From: Myxococcales bacterium
Lineage (GTDB): Bacteria; Desulfobacterota; Binatia; HRBIN30
Reading direction: 5' to 3'
DNA length: 64,000 nucleotides
Assembly (NCBI GenBank): GCA_037445065.1
Contig: JBBILD010000004.1
Span: forward strand, 168,692-232,691
The position numbers and the translations under genes are program-made. Shown here piece after piece: positions 46,012-55,981 of this stretch. Below the pieces are notes generated by a model. The model made no database searches, was not told the origin of the DNA, and saw nothing but the letters and a program-made list of their open reading frames with translations. How positions within the stretch are numbered: the first letter of the stretch is position 1; the number at the start of each line of letters is the position of its first letter.

Positions 46012-49011
46012 TTACGAGCCGGAAGCACGCAAGCGCGCACGTGCCGCCTCGATCTGTTTTGCTTCCTCCGGGTCAGCGGGGACGCACTCTTGGTAGCTCT
46101 GCAGCGCGGCGGTCCGGTTGCCCAACTGTTCCCAAGCAGCCCCACGAACGCAGGCAGTGCGCCCGGCAAAGGCGTCGTTGTTGGGCAGCTCAGCCTGCGT
46201 GCGCTCGAGAAACGCAAGCGCTGCGTCCGCATCGCTGGCGTGTACGTACAAGCTTGCCAGCTTGACGAGCAAGGCGGGATCCGGATCGTGTTTGGCCGCC
46301 TCGAGCACGATGGTTTCCACTTCTTTCACGAAGCGGGCGTTGGGCGGGTAGGGGCCGGTGGCTAACACTTCGACGAGCCCGCGCGCACAATCCACCAGGG
46401 GATGGGCGGACGGACAGCGGCTCGAGGTCAGAGCCTGAATGAGCCGCAGGCGGCGCGGTTCTGCGCGCAGGTACTGAGTGGCGGCCTTGCGGAACTCCGG
46501 ACTCACAGGCGAACGTGCGAACCACGCTTGCAGGATGCGGATCGAGTTGGCCTGGCGCAGCAGGTCGAGCCGGTCGGTGTACGCAGCCCAGTCCACCAGT
46601 GCCTCGTGTGGCATCTGAGCCGCGGGCAGGAGATACCCGTCGCGGTCGTCGGTCGCTACGGATTGGAACAGGTCCGCGAAGTCTCCGGCGAAAAAGGCTT
46701 TGGGCGCCATGTACTCGAGCAAGGGGTAACGATCGCGATGCACGCTTCCGTCCCCCAGGAGCGAGCGCAACCGCGGTGCCGTTGCGAGTTCCAACGCCAG
46801 CACACTTTCCGCGCGCCGAAGCCCCAACGGTTCGAGATCGGAACGAGCCCGCTGGTACGCCAAGGTCAGAGCCTCTGCGCGGAGCTGCAGCGCATCCATG
46901 CTCGCGATCAGGAGTAGGTCGCCAAAGTTCGACTGGAATAGGTGCACGTGGGGAAAGGAACGCAGAACCGTGCGCAGCAGGGTGCGGACGACCTCGGTGC
47001 TCGTTTCATAGGTGTGGAACCACTGCACGAGGACCCCGCGCGGGGCCAAGCGAGCACGGATTTGATCAAAGAATTCCATGCTGAACAAACTGCTCACCCC
47101 GGCGACCCACGGGTTCGACGGTTCGCTGATGATGACGTCATACTGGTACGGCGTGCGAAATAGGAAGGTGCGTGCGTCCTCGACGTGTAGCGCCACGCGT
47201 GAGTCCGCCAGCACATCGCCGAGCCAGTCGCGGAAGTACGCTGCAGCCTCGATCATTTCGGGTGAGATCTCGACCACGTCAATGTGCGCGAATGGGTGGC
47301 GGGCCACGGCGGTAGCGGTCATGCCGCTGCCGAAGCCGATCAGCAAGGCGCGTTGCGGGTTGGCGACCAAGATCCCGGGCAAGTGGCCGAGGAGGAGTTG
47401 TGTCTCGCGGTCGCCGACTAGCGATGCCTCCGTTTTCCCGTTGGCGCGCAGGATCCGCTCCATTCCCGCGTCTTCGACCGAGATCGTGCCCGTGGCTCCG
47501 TCGCGGTAGTACATCAGGCCCGCCTCGAATCCGTTCTTGTACTGCGAGAAGGAGATGGAGGGCGGAAACCCGACGTGGCGGCGAAACTCCCCAGCGACGA
47601 GCAAACGCAAATCCCAGCGCGGGCTTCCCACAACCAGCGCGAGGAAGGCGGCGAGCGCGGCACTGCAGCGTAGAGCGAGGCTGCGCACGGAGAGGCGGCG
47701 GTCCGCGCACAACACCGCCAGAGCCGTGCACAGAGTCAGCCCCGCAGCCAGGTGGAACGTTCCCTCCAGGCCGAGCAAGGGCAAGAAGTAGAGGGCGCAC
47801 GCAACCGTGCCGGCAATCGTGCCCAGGGTATTGGCGGCCAGCACGTAGCTGACTGGCCTCCCGACACCGCGGTGCACTTGCGCAGCCGCATGCGCGAGGG
47901 CTGGGAAAATCAAACCGTTGGAGAAGGTCAGTGGAAACATCACTAGCACCCACAAAACCAGGCTAGCGAGTTGGTAGGTGGCAAAGCCGCCTTGGCGGGC
48001 CCGCACTTCATACAACAGGCGCCCGAACCAATACGGGAGCTGCTCGTAGAGAGGCACACACAGCAGCACGACGGCGGCGCTGGCCAGTGCCGCGCGCACG
48101 AAAAACCGAACTGGCTCGCGCCGCCCAGGAACGACCAGCCGAAACACAAAGCTTCCCGTGGCGATGCCAATGATGAAGGCGGTGAGCATGATCGAGAACG
48201 AGTAGGTCGAGGAGCCCAGCACCAGGCTGCAGAGGCGGATCCAAGCCACTTCGTAAATCATCGCGGCGGCTCCGGTGAGGCCAGCAGCGAGGGGAATCAC
48301 CCAGCCTGCACCGCGCACCGACGCCACGAACGCAGGTCTCGGCGGCGTGGTTTCCTCGCTGCTGGGGGGAGAAGTCACCCTGCCGCGCAGGCGACTGAGC
48401 CGGATGACCCATAGGCCCAGCAGCACGTTCACAGCCGCGGCAGCTAGAAACGGAGTGTCCAAGCCCCAGCGCGGCACGAGAACGAAGCCTGCAGCGGCAG
48501 CGCCGGTGGCGGCTCCGGCGCTGTTCAATCCGTACAACAAAGCCACGCCCTTCCCGAACCCGGCGCGGCTGAGGCCGAAGGCACGAGCCAGCACCGGCAG
48601 CGTGCCTCCCATGCACACCGTGGGCACCCCCATGGTCAGCACGCACGCCAGCACTTGCACCAGGCGACTGGCAACACTCGGCGGCGGGTAAGAAGCGAGT
48701 GCTCGCCAGTACCCCTGGGTCAGCAGATCGAAGCCTAGGGCAAAGGCTGCCGCGCTCAGCCCGATAGCGATTTCCAGCCAACCGTAAAGAGCCAATGGCC
48801 GGGTCGTGCGGTCAGCAACCCCGCCGAACAACGCAGCGCCGACTGCAAGGCCGCCCATGAACACGGCCAGAACGCCCATTTGAGCGTGGGCGGTACTGCC
48901 CAGGAGGAGGGCAAAGTACTTGGCCCAAATCACCTCGTAGACAAGCCCGGTGAGTCCGGAGACGAAAAACAAGACAGCGACAATCGCGAGAGAAGCCCGC
49001 GGCGGGGTCAT
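46012..49011 (-). CDS. Fused multi-TM (MFS-like) / spermidine synthase-like protein with helical C-terminus
   Basis: FFVSG..GLVYEVIW repeated twice; ANGKTEAS, IGFGSGMT, VEIS, EDAR, YDVIISEPSNPW. Confidence 0.88.
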   Translation of the reverse strand: MTPPRASLAIVAVLFFVSGLTGLVYEVIWAKYFALLLGSTAHAQMGVLAVFMGGLAVGAALFGGVADRTTRPLALYGWLEIAIGLSAAAFALGFDLLTQGYWRALASYPPPSVASRLVQVLACVLTMGVPTVCMGGTLPVLARAFGLSRAGFGKGVALLYGLNSAGAATGAAAAGFVLVPRWGLDTPFLAAAAVNVLLGLWVIRLSRLRGRVTSPPSSEETTPPRPAFVASVRGAGWVIPLAAGLTGAAAMIYEVAWIRLCSLVLGSSTYSFSIMLTAFIIGIATGSFVFRLVVPGRREPVRFFVRAALASAAVVLLCVPLYEQLPYWFGRLLYEVRARQGGFATYQLASLVLWVLVMFPLTFSNGLIFPALAHAAAQVHRGVGRPVSYVLAANTLGTIAGTVACALYFLPLLGLEGTFHLAAGLTLCTALAVLCADRRLSVRSLALRCSAALAAFLALVVGSPRWDLRLLVAGEFRRHVGFPPSISFSQYKNGFEAGLMYYRDGATGTISVEDAGMERILRANGKTEASLVGDRETQLLLGHLPGILVANPQRALLIGFGSGMTATAVARHPFAHIDVVEISPEMIEAAAYFRDWLGDVLADSRVALHVEDARTFLFRTPYQYDVIISEPSNPWVAGVSSLFSMEFFDQIRARLAPRGVLVQWFHTYETSTEVVRTLLRTVLRSFPHVHLFQSNFGDLLLIASMDALQLRAEALTLAYQRARSDLEPLGLRRAESVLALELATAPRLRSLLGDGSVHRDRYPLLEYMAPKAFFAGDFADLFQSVATDDRDGYLLPAAQMPHEALVDWAAYTDRLDLLRQANSIRILQAWFARSPVSPEFRKAATQYLRAEPRRLRLIQALTSSRCPSAHPLVDCARGLVEVLATGPYPPNARFVKEVETIVLEAAKHDPDPALLVKLASLYVHASDADAALAFLERTQAELPNNDAFAGRTACVRGAAWEQLGNRTAALQSYQECVPADPEEAKQIEAARARLRASGS

Positions 49012-49106
49012 GTGAGCCGGCTATCTATCCGAGCCGCCGGAAGAATCCAACTCGCGCATAGCGTTTGGCACAGCCAGAGCGTGCGAAGACGCAACCGGCA
49101 CGCCCA

Positions 49107-49904
49107 TCAGGCCGCTGCCCCGGCGCTACCGGTCCTACGCGCACTGGCGAGTGTGCCTGCCGCGGACCGCGGTTTTTGCAAGACGGCGAGCAGGTCTGCC
49201 TTGAGTCCATGCAGGCCCAAGCGCTCAATGAGCCGTTCGTGCAATAAGGACAGAATGTACAGAGGCCGTACGAAACCAAACGAATGAGCGAGGGCCAGGT
49301 GTTCCAAGCGTACCACTTCGAAACCCGCTCGTTGCGAAAGCGCGCGGAGAGCCCGTGCGGAGTTGGCGCGGTACCAGGTCGGGAAGACGTCGTCTTCGAA
49401 GTCGCGCCACTCGCCGCGATTCAGAAAGAAGGCGACGCGTTTGTACCAGAGGTGGAACGCATGCGGTGTCAGACGCGACACGATCATGGCGTAATTCCAC
49501 TTGTTGGGAGTGAATACGACGAAGTGTCCGCCTGGTTTGAGCACCCGTGCTACCTCCCGAAAGGCCCACTCCGGATGCTGCAGGTGCTCGGCCACCATCG
49601 AGCAAGTCACGAGATCGAAGCATTCGGCCGCAAAGGGGAGCGCTTCGCCATTCGCAAGAACCAGATGGCGGATGGTAGGATGGCGCTTGAGGTGCGGGTC
49701 CAAATCGCACCCGACCACCAGGCCCGCGCGGGTGACCAGCTCGCGATCTAGATCTCGATTCGCCGTGATTGCGCGGCCACAGCCGAGCTCGAGCCAGACG
49801 CATCCGGGTTGCACGAGCTGGCGCAGCGCCCGCTCATAAGAACGCTTGGGCGATTCGTAGCTAGGGTGGTAACGGCGGATGAGGGCAGCGTGTTTCCCGT
49901 GCAT
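49107..49904 (-). CDS. Class I SAM-dependent methyltransferase
   Basis: LELGCG, GCDLD, GEALPF...FDLV, EHL, RVLKPGG..V.TPN. Confidence 0.9.
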   Translation of the reverse strand: MHGKHAALIRRYHPSYESPKRSYERALRQLVQPGCVWLELGCGRAITANRDLDRELVTRAGLVVGCDLDPHLKRHPTIRHLVLANGEALPFAAECFDLVTCSMVAEHLQHPEWAFREVARVLKPGGHFVVFTPNKWNYAMIVSRLTPHAFHLWYKRVAFFLNRGEWRDFEDDVFPTWYRANSARALRALSQRAGFEVVRLEHLALAHSFGFVRPLYILSLLHERLIERLGLHGLKADLLAVLQKPRSAAGTLASARRTGSAGAAA

Positions 49905-50112
49905 GCTAGCCTCGTTGCTCTCGTTCGCTTTCTGTGCCCATGCCGGGCACCAGGATCTCGAAGTCGGAAGCCCGTCGTATACGGGCGGCAGCAGAGTGGG
50001 TCAAGCTGCTTGCATTGGGTCTTGCAAGCAACAAAAGAGTGCGGACGCGCAACTCGTGCACGGGCGCGGATGAATAGCCAGTGGTTCGAGCGAGCACGGG
50101 AAGGAGGAGCAG

Positions 50113-50892
50113 GTGCTGTTAGCAGGAAAGGTCGCGGTCGTTTCCGGGGTTGGGCCCGGCTTAGGGCGAAGTGCGGCGGTGGCGCTGGCCGGCCAGGGAG
50201 CGCGGGTCGTATTGGCTGCACGCAGCGCCGAGGAGTTGGAACGGGTGGCAGCGGAGATCCGAGCGGCCGGCGGGGAGGCTCTGCCCGTGGTCACGGATAT
50301 CACGCGCAAGGACGATTGTGAGGCGTTGGTCCAGCGAGCGAGGGAAAGGTTTGGTCGTCTCGACATCCTGGTGAACAACGCCTTCAAGGGCGGCGTGGAG
50401 CCGTTGTTCGAGAACGCCGATCTGGATCATTGGCGCCAGATCTTCGAAGTGAATGTATTCGGGTCGTTGCAGCTCACGCAGGCCGCTGTTCGAGTGATGA
50501 AGCCCCAGCGGAGCGGCTCGATTGTGTTCGTGAACTCCATGTCCATGCGGATCATCGAGCCGGGCATGGGAGGGTACGCATCGTCCAAGGGAGCGTTGAT
50601 GGTGGCCGCACAAACGCTGGCCAAGGAATTGGGTCCCTACGGGATCCGGGTGAACAGTGTGGTGCCGGGGTACATCTGGAGCGAAAAACTCGCGGGATAC
50701 TTCCGCTATTTGGCCCGCCAGCAAAACCGCACCTACGAAGACGTGCACGCGGAGATCACGGGGCGAACGGCGTTGCGGCACATTCCAGAGCCAGACGAAA
50801 TCGCCGGCGCGATTGTCTTCCTGGCTTCCGATCTTTCGCGCGCCATCACCGGGCAAGCAATTGACGTCAATGGCGGCCACTACTTCCACTGA
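50113..50892 (+). CDS. Short-chain dehydrogenase/reductase
   Basis: SGVGPGLG, VNNA, YASSK, RVNSVVPG; RBS AAGGAGG. Confidence 0.93.
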   Translation: MLLAGKVAVVSGVGPGLGRSAAVALAGQGARVVLAARSAEELERVAAEIRAAGGEALPVVTDITRKDDCEALVQRARERFGRLDILVNNAFKGGVEPLFENADLDHWRQIFEVNVFGSLQLTQAAVRVMKPQRSGSIVFVNSMSMRIIEPGMGGYASSKGALMVAAQTLAKELGPYGIRVNSVVPGYIWSEKLAGYFRYLARQQNRTYEDVHAEITGRTALRHIPEPDEIAGAIVFLASDLSRAITGQAIDVNGGHYFH

Positions 50893-52177
50893 GCGAACCG
50901 CCGGGCGCGAGTCGGACCCCTCGCCGCCAGCGCGCTTGTGGTGGGGCGAATCCGCGAGCGCTTGGACCGCACTCTTGGTGTGCGTGCTCGCCGTCAGCGC
51001 ACATTCTGCCCTCTCGCTTGCTTTTGCCGTGCTGATGAAACCGCTGGTGGCGGCGTTTCACATGGACCGCTCCGTGTTTGCTTCGGCCATGACTGTGCGC
51101 ATGTTCCTTATGGTTCTTTGTATGAGCTTGGCCGGGCTGCTGACGGATCGCTGGGGGGCACGCCCGGTGCTGGTGAGCGGTGCGCTCATGGTTGCCGTGG
51201 CGACGGCGGCGTTGGCTAGCGTGCCTTCGGTGGCTTGGTTTTTCCCGGCGATGGCAGCGATCGGTCCAGGGCAAGCAGCCATCGGGTCGGTGGCTGCTTC
51301 CGCACTCGTCTTGCGGCGCTTTCGCAAGCGCCGCGGGCTGGCCATCGGGATCTTGAACGGCGGGGACAACCTTTTGAATTCCTCCGTGCCGCTGCTCACC
51401 AGCTTGGTACTCGAAATGGGGGGCTGGCGCGGTGCTTTGTATGCGTGGGCGGGGGCCTACCTTGCGCTCGCTCTGTTGCTTCGAGCGGCGTTGCAGGAAG
51501 GGGAAGGCCGCGGTGGTGGAGCTGCAACTCTGGAAAGCGGAGCCACCTGGTACCAAGGGGTCCGCCACCGCGGATTCTGGCTGCTGGTGGCCACTTACGT
51601 GCTGACGTATGCGTTCATCACCTCTGTCCAGTTGCACTTGCATGCGTACTTGACCGATCGCGGGCACTCGCCCATGGCCGCCGGGCAGGTGTTGGGTTTA
51701 CAGATTCTCGTAGGGGCGCTGGGTTCCCCCCTGATCGGGCGGCTGGCAGAACGTCTGGGAGCACGGCGCACCCTGTTGCTGGTGATTGTCGGGCTCGGGC
51801 TCGGCTCGCTCCTGCTGTGGAACCTGGAGACGCACAAGAGTTTTTTGGCCTGGGCCGTCTTTTACGGTACGGTCAACAGCGGCGTCGTGGCGGTGCTGGC
51901 GCTCGTTCTGGCCGAATTGTTCGGCTCGCGCGCGATCGGGCGGCTCATGGGTGTGGCGATGACCTTTTGCATGGCCAGCACGATGCTGGCCAACTTGTAT
52001 TCGGCGGCCATGTTCGACACCTTCGGTTCCTACCTACCCGTCTGGCAGAGCTACAGCGCGCTCATGGCCCTGGCCGCCATACCCGCTACGTTGCTGGTGC
52101 GGACGAAGCCGGTTGCACACGGCTCCGAGCCGGAGCAGGTTCTGGGCGCAGGAGCCCATCCCGGCGGCTCAGCATAA
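50870..52177 (+). CDS. MFS transporter (monocarboxylate/OFA-like)
   Basis: About 12 TM helices; GLLTDRWGAR, RRGLAIGI, GRLAERLGAR; start uncertain (50870 ATG or 50936 TTG). Confidence 0.85.
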   Translation: MAATTSTERTAGRESDPSPPARLWWGESASAWTALLVCVLAVSAHSALSLAFAVLMKPLVAAFHMDRSVFASAMTVRMFLMVLCMSLAGLLTDRWGARPVLVSGALMVAVATAALASVPSVAWFFPAMAAIGPGQAAIGSVAASALVLRRFRKRRGLAIGILNGGDNLLNSSVPLLTSLVLEMGGWRGALYAWAGAYLALALLLRAALQEGEGRGGGAATLESGATWYQGVRHRGFWLLVATYVLTYAFITSVQLHLHAYLTDRGHSPMAAGQVLGLQILVGALGSPLIGRLAERLGARRTLLLVIVGLGLGSLLLWNLETHKSFLAWAVFYGTVNSGVVAVLALVLAELFGSRAIGRLMGVAMTFCMASTMLANLYSAAMFDTFGSYLPVWQSYSALMALAAIPATLLVRTKPVAHGSEPEQVLGAGAHPGGSA

Positions 52178-52353
52178 GGCCTTCCCAGGTGGGTTTTCGT
52201 TCTCACCGCGCTTGTGCCGGTGGGGCAACTCCCGCGCCGCCTTTTGCCGCCTTTGCAACGGGCGCCGAGCGGGCAACGAAATCAGCGCCCCGATGACGCC
52301 GGCTGCCCTTGGGAGTCGGCGACCCCGTACGCCCTATCCGGGCTCACGGACTC

Positions 52354-53511
52354 TCAAGGCATAGTGACAATGGCAATGCCGCAGGTCTGCGGGGCGCCGC
52401 CCAAGTTGTGGCTGAGTGCCACGGTGGCGTTTTTCACTTGGCGAGGTCCTGCTTTGCCCTGCAACTGCTTGTAGTTCTCGTACAGCATCCGCACGCCAGT
52501 GGCGCCGGTGGGGTGACCGAAGCTCTTGAGCCCACCGTCCGTGTTCACCGGCAATTCACCGCCCAGCTCGAACGTGCCTGAGGCAATGTGCTCTTTGGCC
52601 GAACCCTTTTCCGCGAACCCCAAGTCCTCATAGGTGAGCAGTTCGGTGAGGGTGAAACAATCGTGCACTTGAGCCACGTGGATTTCTTTGCGCGGGTTGC
52701 GGATGCCCGCTTGTTTGTATGCATCCTGAGCGGCGTAAACGGTTGGCTTCCAGCGCAAGAAGTCGAATGAAGGGTCGGCCTGCGGGTTCGGGCCGAGTGC
52801 AATCGTGATGGCGCGGATCAGGACGTAGTCGTCGCGGAAGCTGCGTGCCAATTCGCGCCGGGTCAGAATGGCTACTGCGGCGCCATCCGACTGGGCACAG
52901 CAATCATAAAGGCCGAACGGCCACGAGATGATCGGTGCTTTGAGCACGTCTTCGACGGTGATTTCCTTCTTGATCATGGATTTGGGGGCGAGCGTGCCGT
53001 TGTGGTGGTTCTTCACCGCGATGCGTGCCAAATCCTCCCGTGACGCCTTGTAGGTCTCGAAGTAGCGGGCCGCGCAGAGCGCAAACCAACCGGCCGGTGT
53101 CATCGGCAGGCCGCGCACCCCGGTGGTCACCGCACTCGGGCCGCTCACGCCGCGGTCCTTCGGCTTGTCGAAGCCGACGACCATCACCGTGTCGTACATG
53201 CCGCAAGCCACCGCAAAGGCGCCGAAGCGGAGGGCATCGGTTCCGGTGGCGCAGTAGTTTTGAACCATGCTGACCGGACGCCCAAAAAGCTTGAGCGCGT
53301 CCGCAACTTCTGCGGTCCCCTTGGACGGGTAGACCGCTCCGCAGAACACGGCCTCGATCACCTTTTGCGGTTCGTCAATGCCGGCGTCCTCGTACGCCTC
53401 GAAGGCCGCTTCGACGATCATATCTTCGGGCGACTTGTCCCAGTTCTCGCCGAACTTACAGCAGCCCATGCCCACGATAGCGACCTTGTCGCGAATCGCT
53501 TCCGGGTTCAT
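52354..53511 (-). CDS. SCP-x/PhlC-type thiolase (acetyl-CoA acetyltransferase)
   Basis: QNYCATG, VKNHHNG, QVHDCF, NTDGGL..FGHPTGATG, HNLGG. Confidence 0.92.
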   Translation of the reverse strand: MNPEAIRDKVAIVGMGCCKFGENWDKSPEDMIVEAAFEAYEDAGIDEPQKVIEAVFCGAVYPSKGTAEVADALKLFGRPVSMVQNYCATGTDALRFGAFAVACGMYDTVMVVGFDKPKDRGVSGPSAVTTGVRGLPMTPAGWFALCAARYFETYKASREDLARIAVKNHHNGTLAPKSMIKKEITVEDVLKAPIISWPFGLYDCCAQSDGAAVAILTRRELARSFRDDYVLIRAITIALGPNPQADPSFDFLRWKPTVYAAQDAYKQAGIRNPRKEIHVAQVHDCFTLTELLTYEDLGFAEKGSAKEHIASGTFELGGELPVNTDGGLKSFGHPTGATGVRMLYENYKQLQGKAGPRQVKNATVALSHNLGGAPQTCGIAIVTMP

Positions 53512-53548
53512 GCTCGACCTCCTCGTGCACGTGCCTTTACCGCTGCCT

Positions 53549-54976
53549 TTACAGCGGGTTTCGAACCGGAGTGCACTTCCAAAAGTAATTGGGCGTGCCT
53601 CCGTATTCGTGGATTTTGCGGAAGGTGAATTCGACTGGCAGATCCAGTTTGACTTCGTTCGGAGAGGCATCCGTCATTTGCAGATACACCCGCGCTCCAC
53701 CCTGGGCCTCGATCGTAGTGACGATCAACGGAGGGTCCGGGCTCCCCGCGAAGTAATCGAAGGTGAAGGACATGACTTTGCCCTGCCGGTCGGACAAGCG
53801 AACTTCCTCGAAGTCATCGCGAGCAAAACATTGAAAGCACACTCGCTGGAACGGGAACTGTTCTGTGCCGCAGCGGCGGCAACGTTGACCGTGAAAGCTA
53901 ATGTCTTCGTTGCGGTCGCGAAAATGCACGGTGGCCGATACTCCTTGCCCCCCGCGCCGATCCGCGTCGCTCGGGTACAGGTCGCGGAAGGCGAGAAAGC
54001 GGTCGTAATCCGAGAACTCCTTGCGCCGCGCCAAATGCCAGGCCACACCCCGCCGGCGCACGAGGCCGGTAACGGGTTCCTGCGTTTGCACCAAGAAGGC
54101 ATCCGCTCCGTCACCATAATTCGCCCACAGGATGCGCTGCCCCGGCCGGGCTTCTTCGAGTGCAGCGGCGAGCAGCAGCGGCGCAAGCGCGGCGCCGCAG
54201 TTGCCAACGCGGCCAAAGAGAGGGTCTTGGATTCGGTTCGACTCGAAGCCAAAGCGGCGCAACACACCGAGGTGGCTGCGCGCGTCTGGGGAGTAAACGG
54301 CGACCTTGTCTAGCTCCGAAGTTTGTAAGCCGCTCCGCTGCAGACACCGGCTGATCGCGTCGCGCAAGTTGTCTCCGTACCCGTGTTCGACCACGAAGCG
54401 CTCTTCCCACGAGCGAACGAAGCGGTCGTGTTCCGTGCGCCAGATGTCCCGGATCTCGTCGGCGAGGCAGACGTGGATGGCAAAGTCTGCGGCCACTTCC
54501 TCGCGGGCGATAAGAAAAGCCACTGCGGCATCGCCGAAGTTCCGCTCCAGCGGAGAGCGAGGCGGGGCCGGCCGTGCATCACTGGCGATCACCAGCACTT
54601 GCTGCAGGCTGCCGGCCCGCACCGCGTCCAGCGCGGCGCGCAGGGCGATGGTGCCGGCGCGAGTCGTGTCGCAGAAGTCTGCCGTAAAGACGTCCCGCCT
54701 GAGGTCGAGAGCTTTCGCGATCAGGCTCGCGCCCTGCTTCTCGCGGTAGGGGTACGAAGTGGAGGCGAAGAGCAGCCCGTCTACGGTGCTGCGCTCGATC
54801 CCCTCGAGGCAGTTCGTACCAGCCGCCACTGCCATGGTGACGGCGTCTTCGTCGAAGTACGCCACGGATCGTTCCCCACTTCCGCCGCTGGCTTTGCGCC
54901 CCCCGCTGATGGCGCCGAGGGCGAGGCGAAGCATGGGGATGTACACGCCTTGGCTGCGAATCCCGACCTGACTCAT
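53549..54976 (-). CDS. HMG-CoA synthase-like domain fused to DUF35 Zn-ribbon/OB-fold
   Basis: ERSVAYFDEDAVTMA, FASTS.PY, GDAAVA, VGNCG, YGDGADA; C-terminal CRRCG..QFP..RVCFQC, FTFD, YFWK. Confidence 0.88.
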   Translation of the reverse strand: MSQVGIRSQGVYIPMLRLALGAISGGRKASGGSGERSVAYFDEDAVTMAVAAGTNCLEGIERSTVDGLLFASTSYPYREKQGASLIAKALDLRRDVFTADFCDTTRAGTIALRAALDAVRAGSLQQVLVIASDARPAPPRSPLERNFGDAAVAFLIAREEVAADFAIHVCLADEIRDIWRTEHDRFVRSWEERFVVEHGYGDNLRDAISRCLQRSGLQTSELDKVAVYSPDARSHLGVLRRFGFESNRIQDPLFGRVGNCGAALAPLLLAAALEEARPGQRILWANYGDGADAFLVQTQEPVTGLVRRRGVAWHLARRKEFSDYDRFLAFRDLYPSDADRRGGQGVSATVHFRDRNEDISFHGQRCRRCGTEQFPFQRVCFQCFARDDFEEVRLSDRQGKVMSFTFDYFAGSPDPPLIVTTIEAQGGARVYLQMTDASPNEVKLDLPVEFTFRKIHEYGGTPNYFWKCTPVRNPL

Positions 54977-54981
54977 CGCGG

Positions 54982-55896
54982 CTACTTCTTCTCGTCTTTC
55001 TTTTCTTCTTTCTTCTCGTCGCGCCGTAGCTGCGGGATCCCGATCGGCTGCAAGTGCTCCCCGAACACGGCATCGAACTGCGCCGCGATTTCCGCGGGCG
55101 TAAAGCCGCCCGGTTTGTACATCATGGCGATCGGGCGGATCTGCTGAAAGATCGTAAAGCCGAAACCGCGGCGGCCGAAGATCTGCCCGTTGACGTGGCC
55201 CGCCTTTTCCGAGGCCAAGAACGCCACCATCGGAGCGTTGCGATCCGGATGCATTTCGGGCGGTGGCTCTTTGTTTTCCATTCCAGGAATCGTACCCACC
55301 ATGCGGGTCAGACCGGCTGGAGCCATGGCATTCACGGTGATTCCGTACCGCCCCAGCTCAAGCGCCCAGCAAAGGGTGAGCCCCATGATGCCGGCCTTTG
55401 CCGCTCCGTAGTTACTCTGGCCAAAATTGCCGCGCAGCCCGGCGCTGGAAGTGATGTTGATGATCCGGCCGTAGCCCTGTTCGCGCATGTGCGGGATGGC
55501 GTGGCGGCCGCAATTCCAGGTGCCTTTCAAGTGCACGGCAATCACTGCGTCGAAGTCCTCCTCCGTCATTTTGGTCATGGTTCGATCGCGCAAGATGCCC
55601 GCGTTATTGACCAGAATGTCGATCCTCCCGAATTGGTCGAGGGCCGTGCGGATAATGCGCTCCGCGCCGGCAAAGTCAGCAACCGAGTCGTAATTGGCAA
55701 CCGCCTGTCCCCCCAAGGCGCGGATTTCGTCCACGACCTGCTGCGCCGGGTCCTCCGCCCGCCCCTGGCCGTCCACTTGGCAGCCAAGGTCGTTGACCAC
55801 CACCTTGGCCCCTTCGCGCGCCAACTCGAGGGCGATTCCGCGGCCTACGCCGCGGCCCGCACCAGTGACCACTGCAACACGTCCTTCGAGCAACAT
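54982..55896 (-). CDS. SDR oxidoreductase (MFE-2/3-oxoacyl reductase-like)
   Basis: TGAGRGVG, VVVNDLG, NNAGILRD, GNFGQSNYGAAK. Confidence 0.93.
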   Translation of the reverse strand: MLLEGRVAVVTGAGRGVGRGIALELAREGAKVVVNDLGCQVDGQGRAEDPAQQVVDEIRALGGQAVANYDSVADFAGAERIIRTALDQFGRIDILVNNAGILRDRTMTKMTEEDFDAVIAVHLKGTWNCGRHAIPHMREQGYGRIINITSSAGLRGNFGQSNYGAAKAGIMGLTLCWALELGRYGITVNAMAPAGLTRMVGTIPGMENKEPPPEMHPDRNAPMVAFLASEKAGHVNGQIFGRRGFGFTIFQQIRPIAMMYKPGGFTPAEIAAQFDAVFGEHLQPIGIPQLRRDEKKEEKKDEKK

Positions 55897-55921
55897 GTGC
55901 TTCCCTCCACCGTTCCCAAGT

Positions 55922-55965
55922 TTGATTGACTTCGCGTACCACTTGGCATACTTCGGGTCAATCAA
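55922..55965. promoter_or_regulatory. Inverted repeat in divergent promoter region
   Basis: TTGATTGAC (55922-30) and GTCAATCAA (55957-65), perfect 9-bp arms with a 26-nt spacer; each arm contains TTGAC. Confidence 0.5.
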
Positions 55966-55981
55966 CTGATCTAATCGCTGC

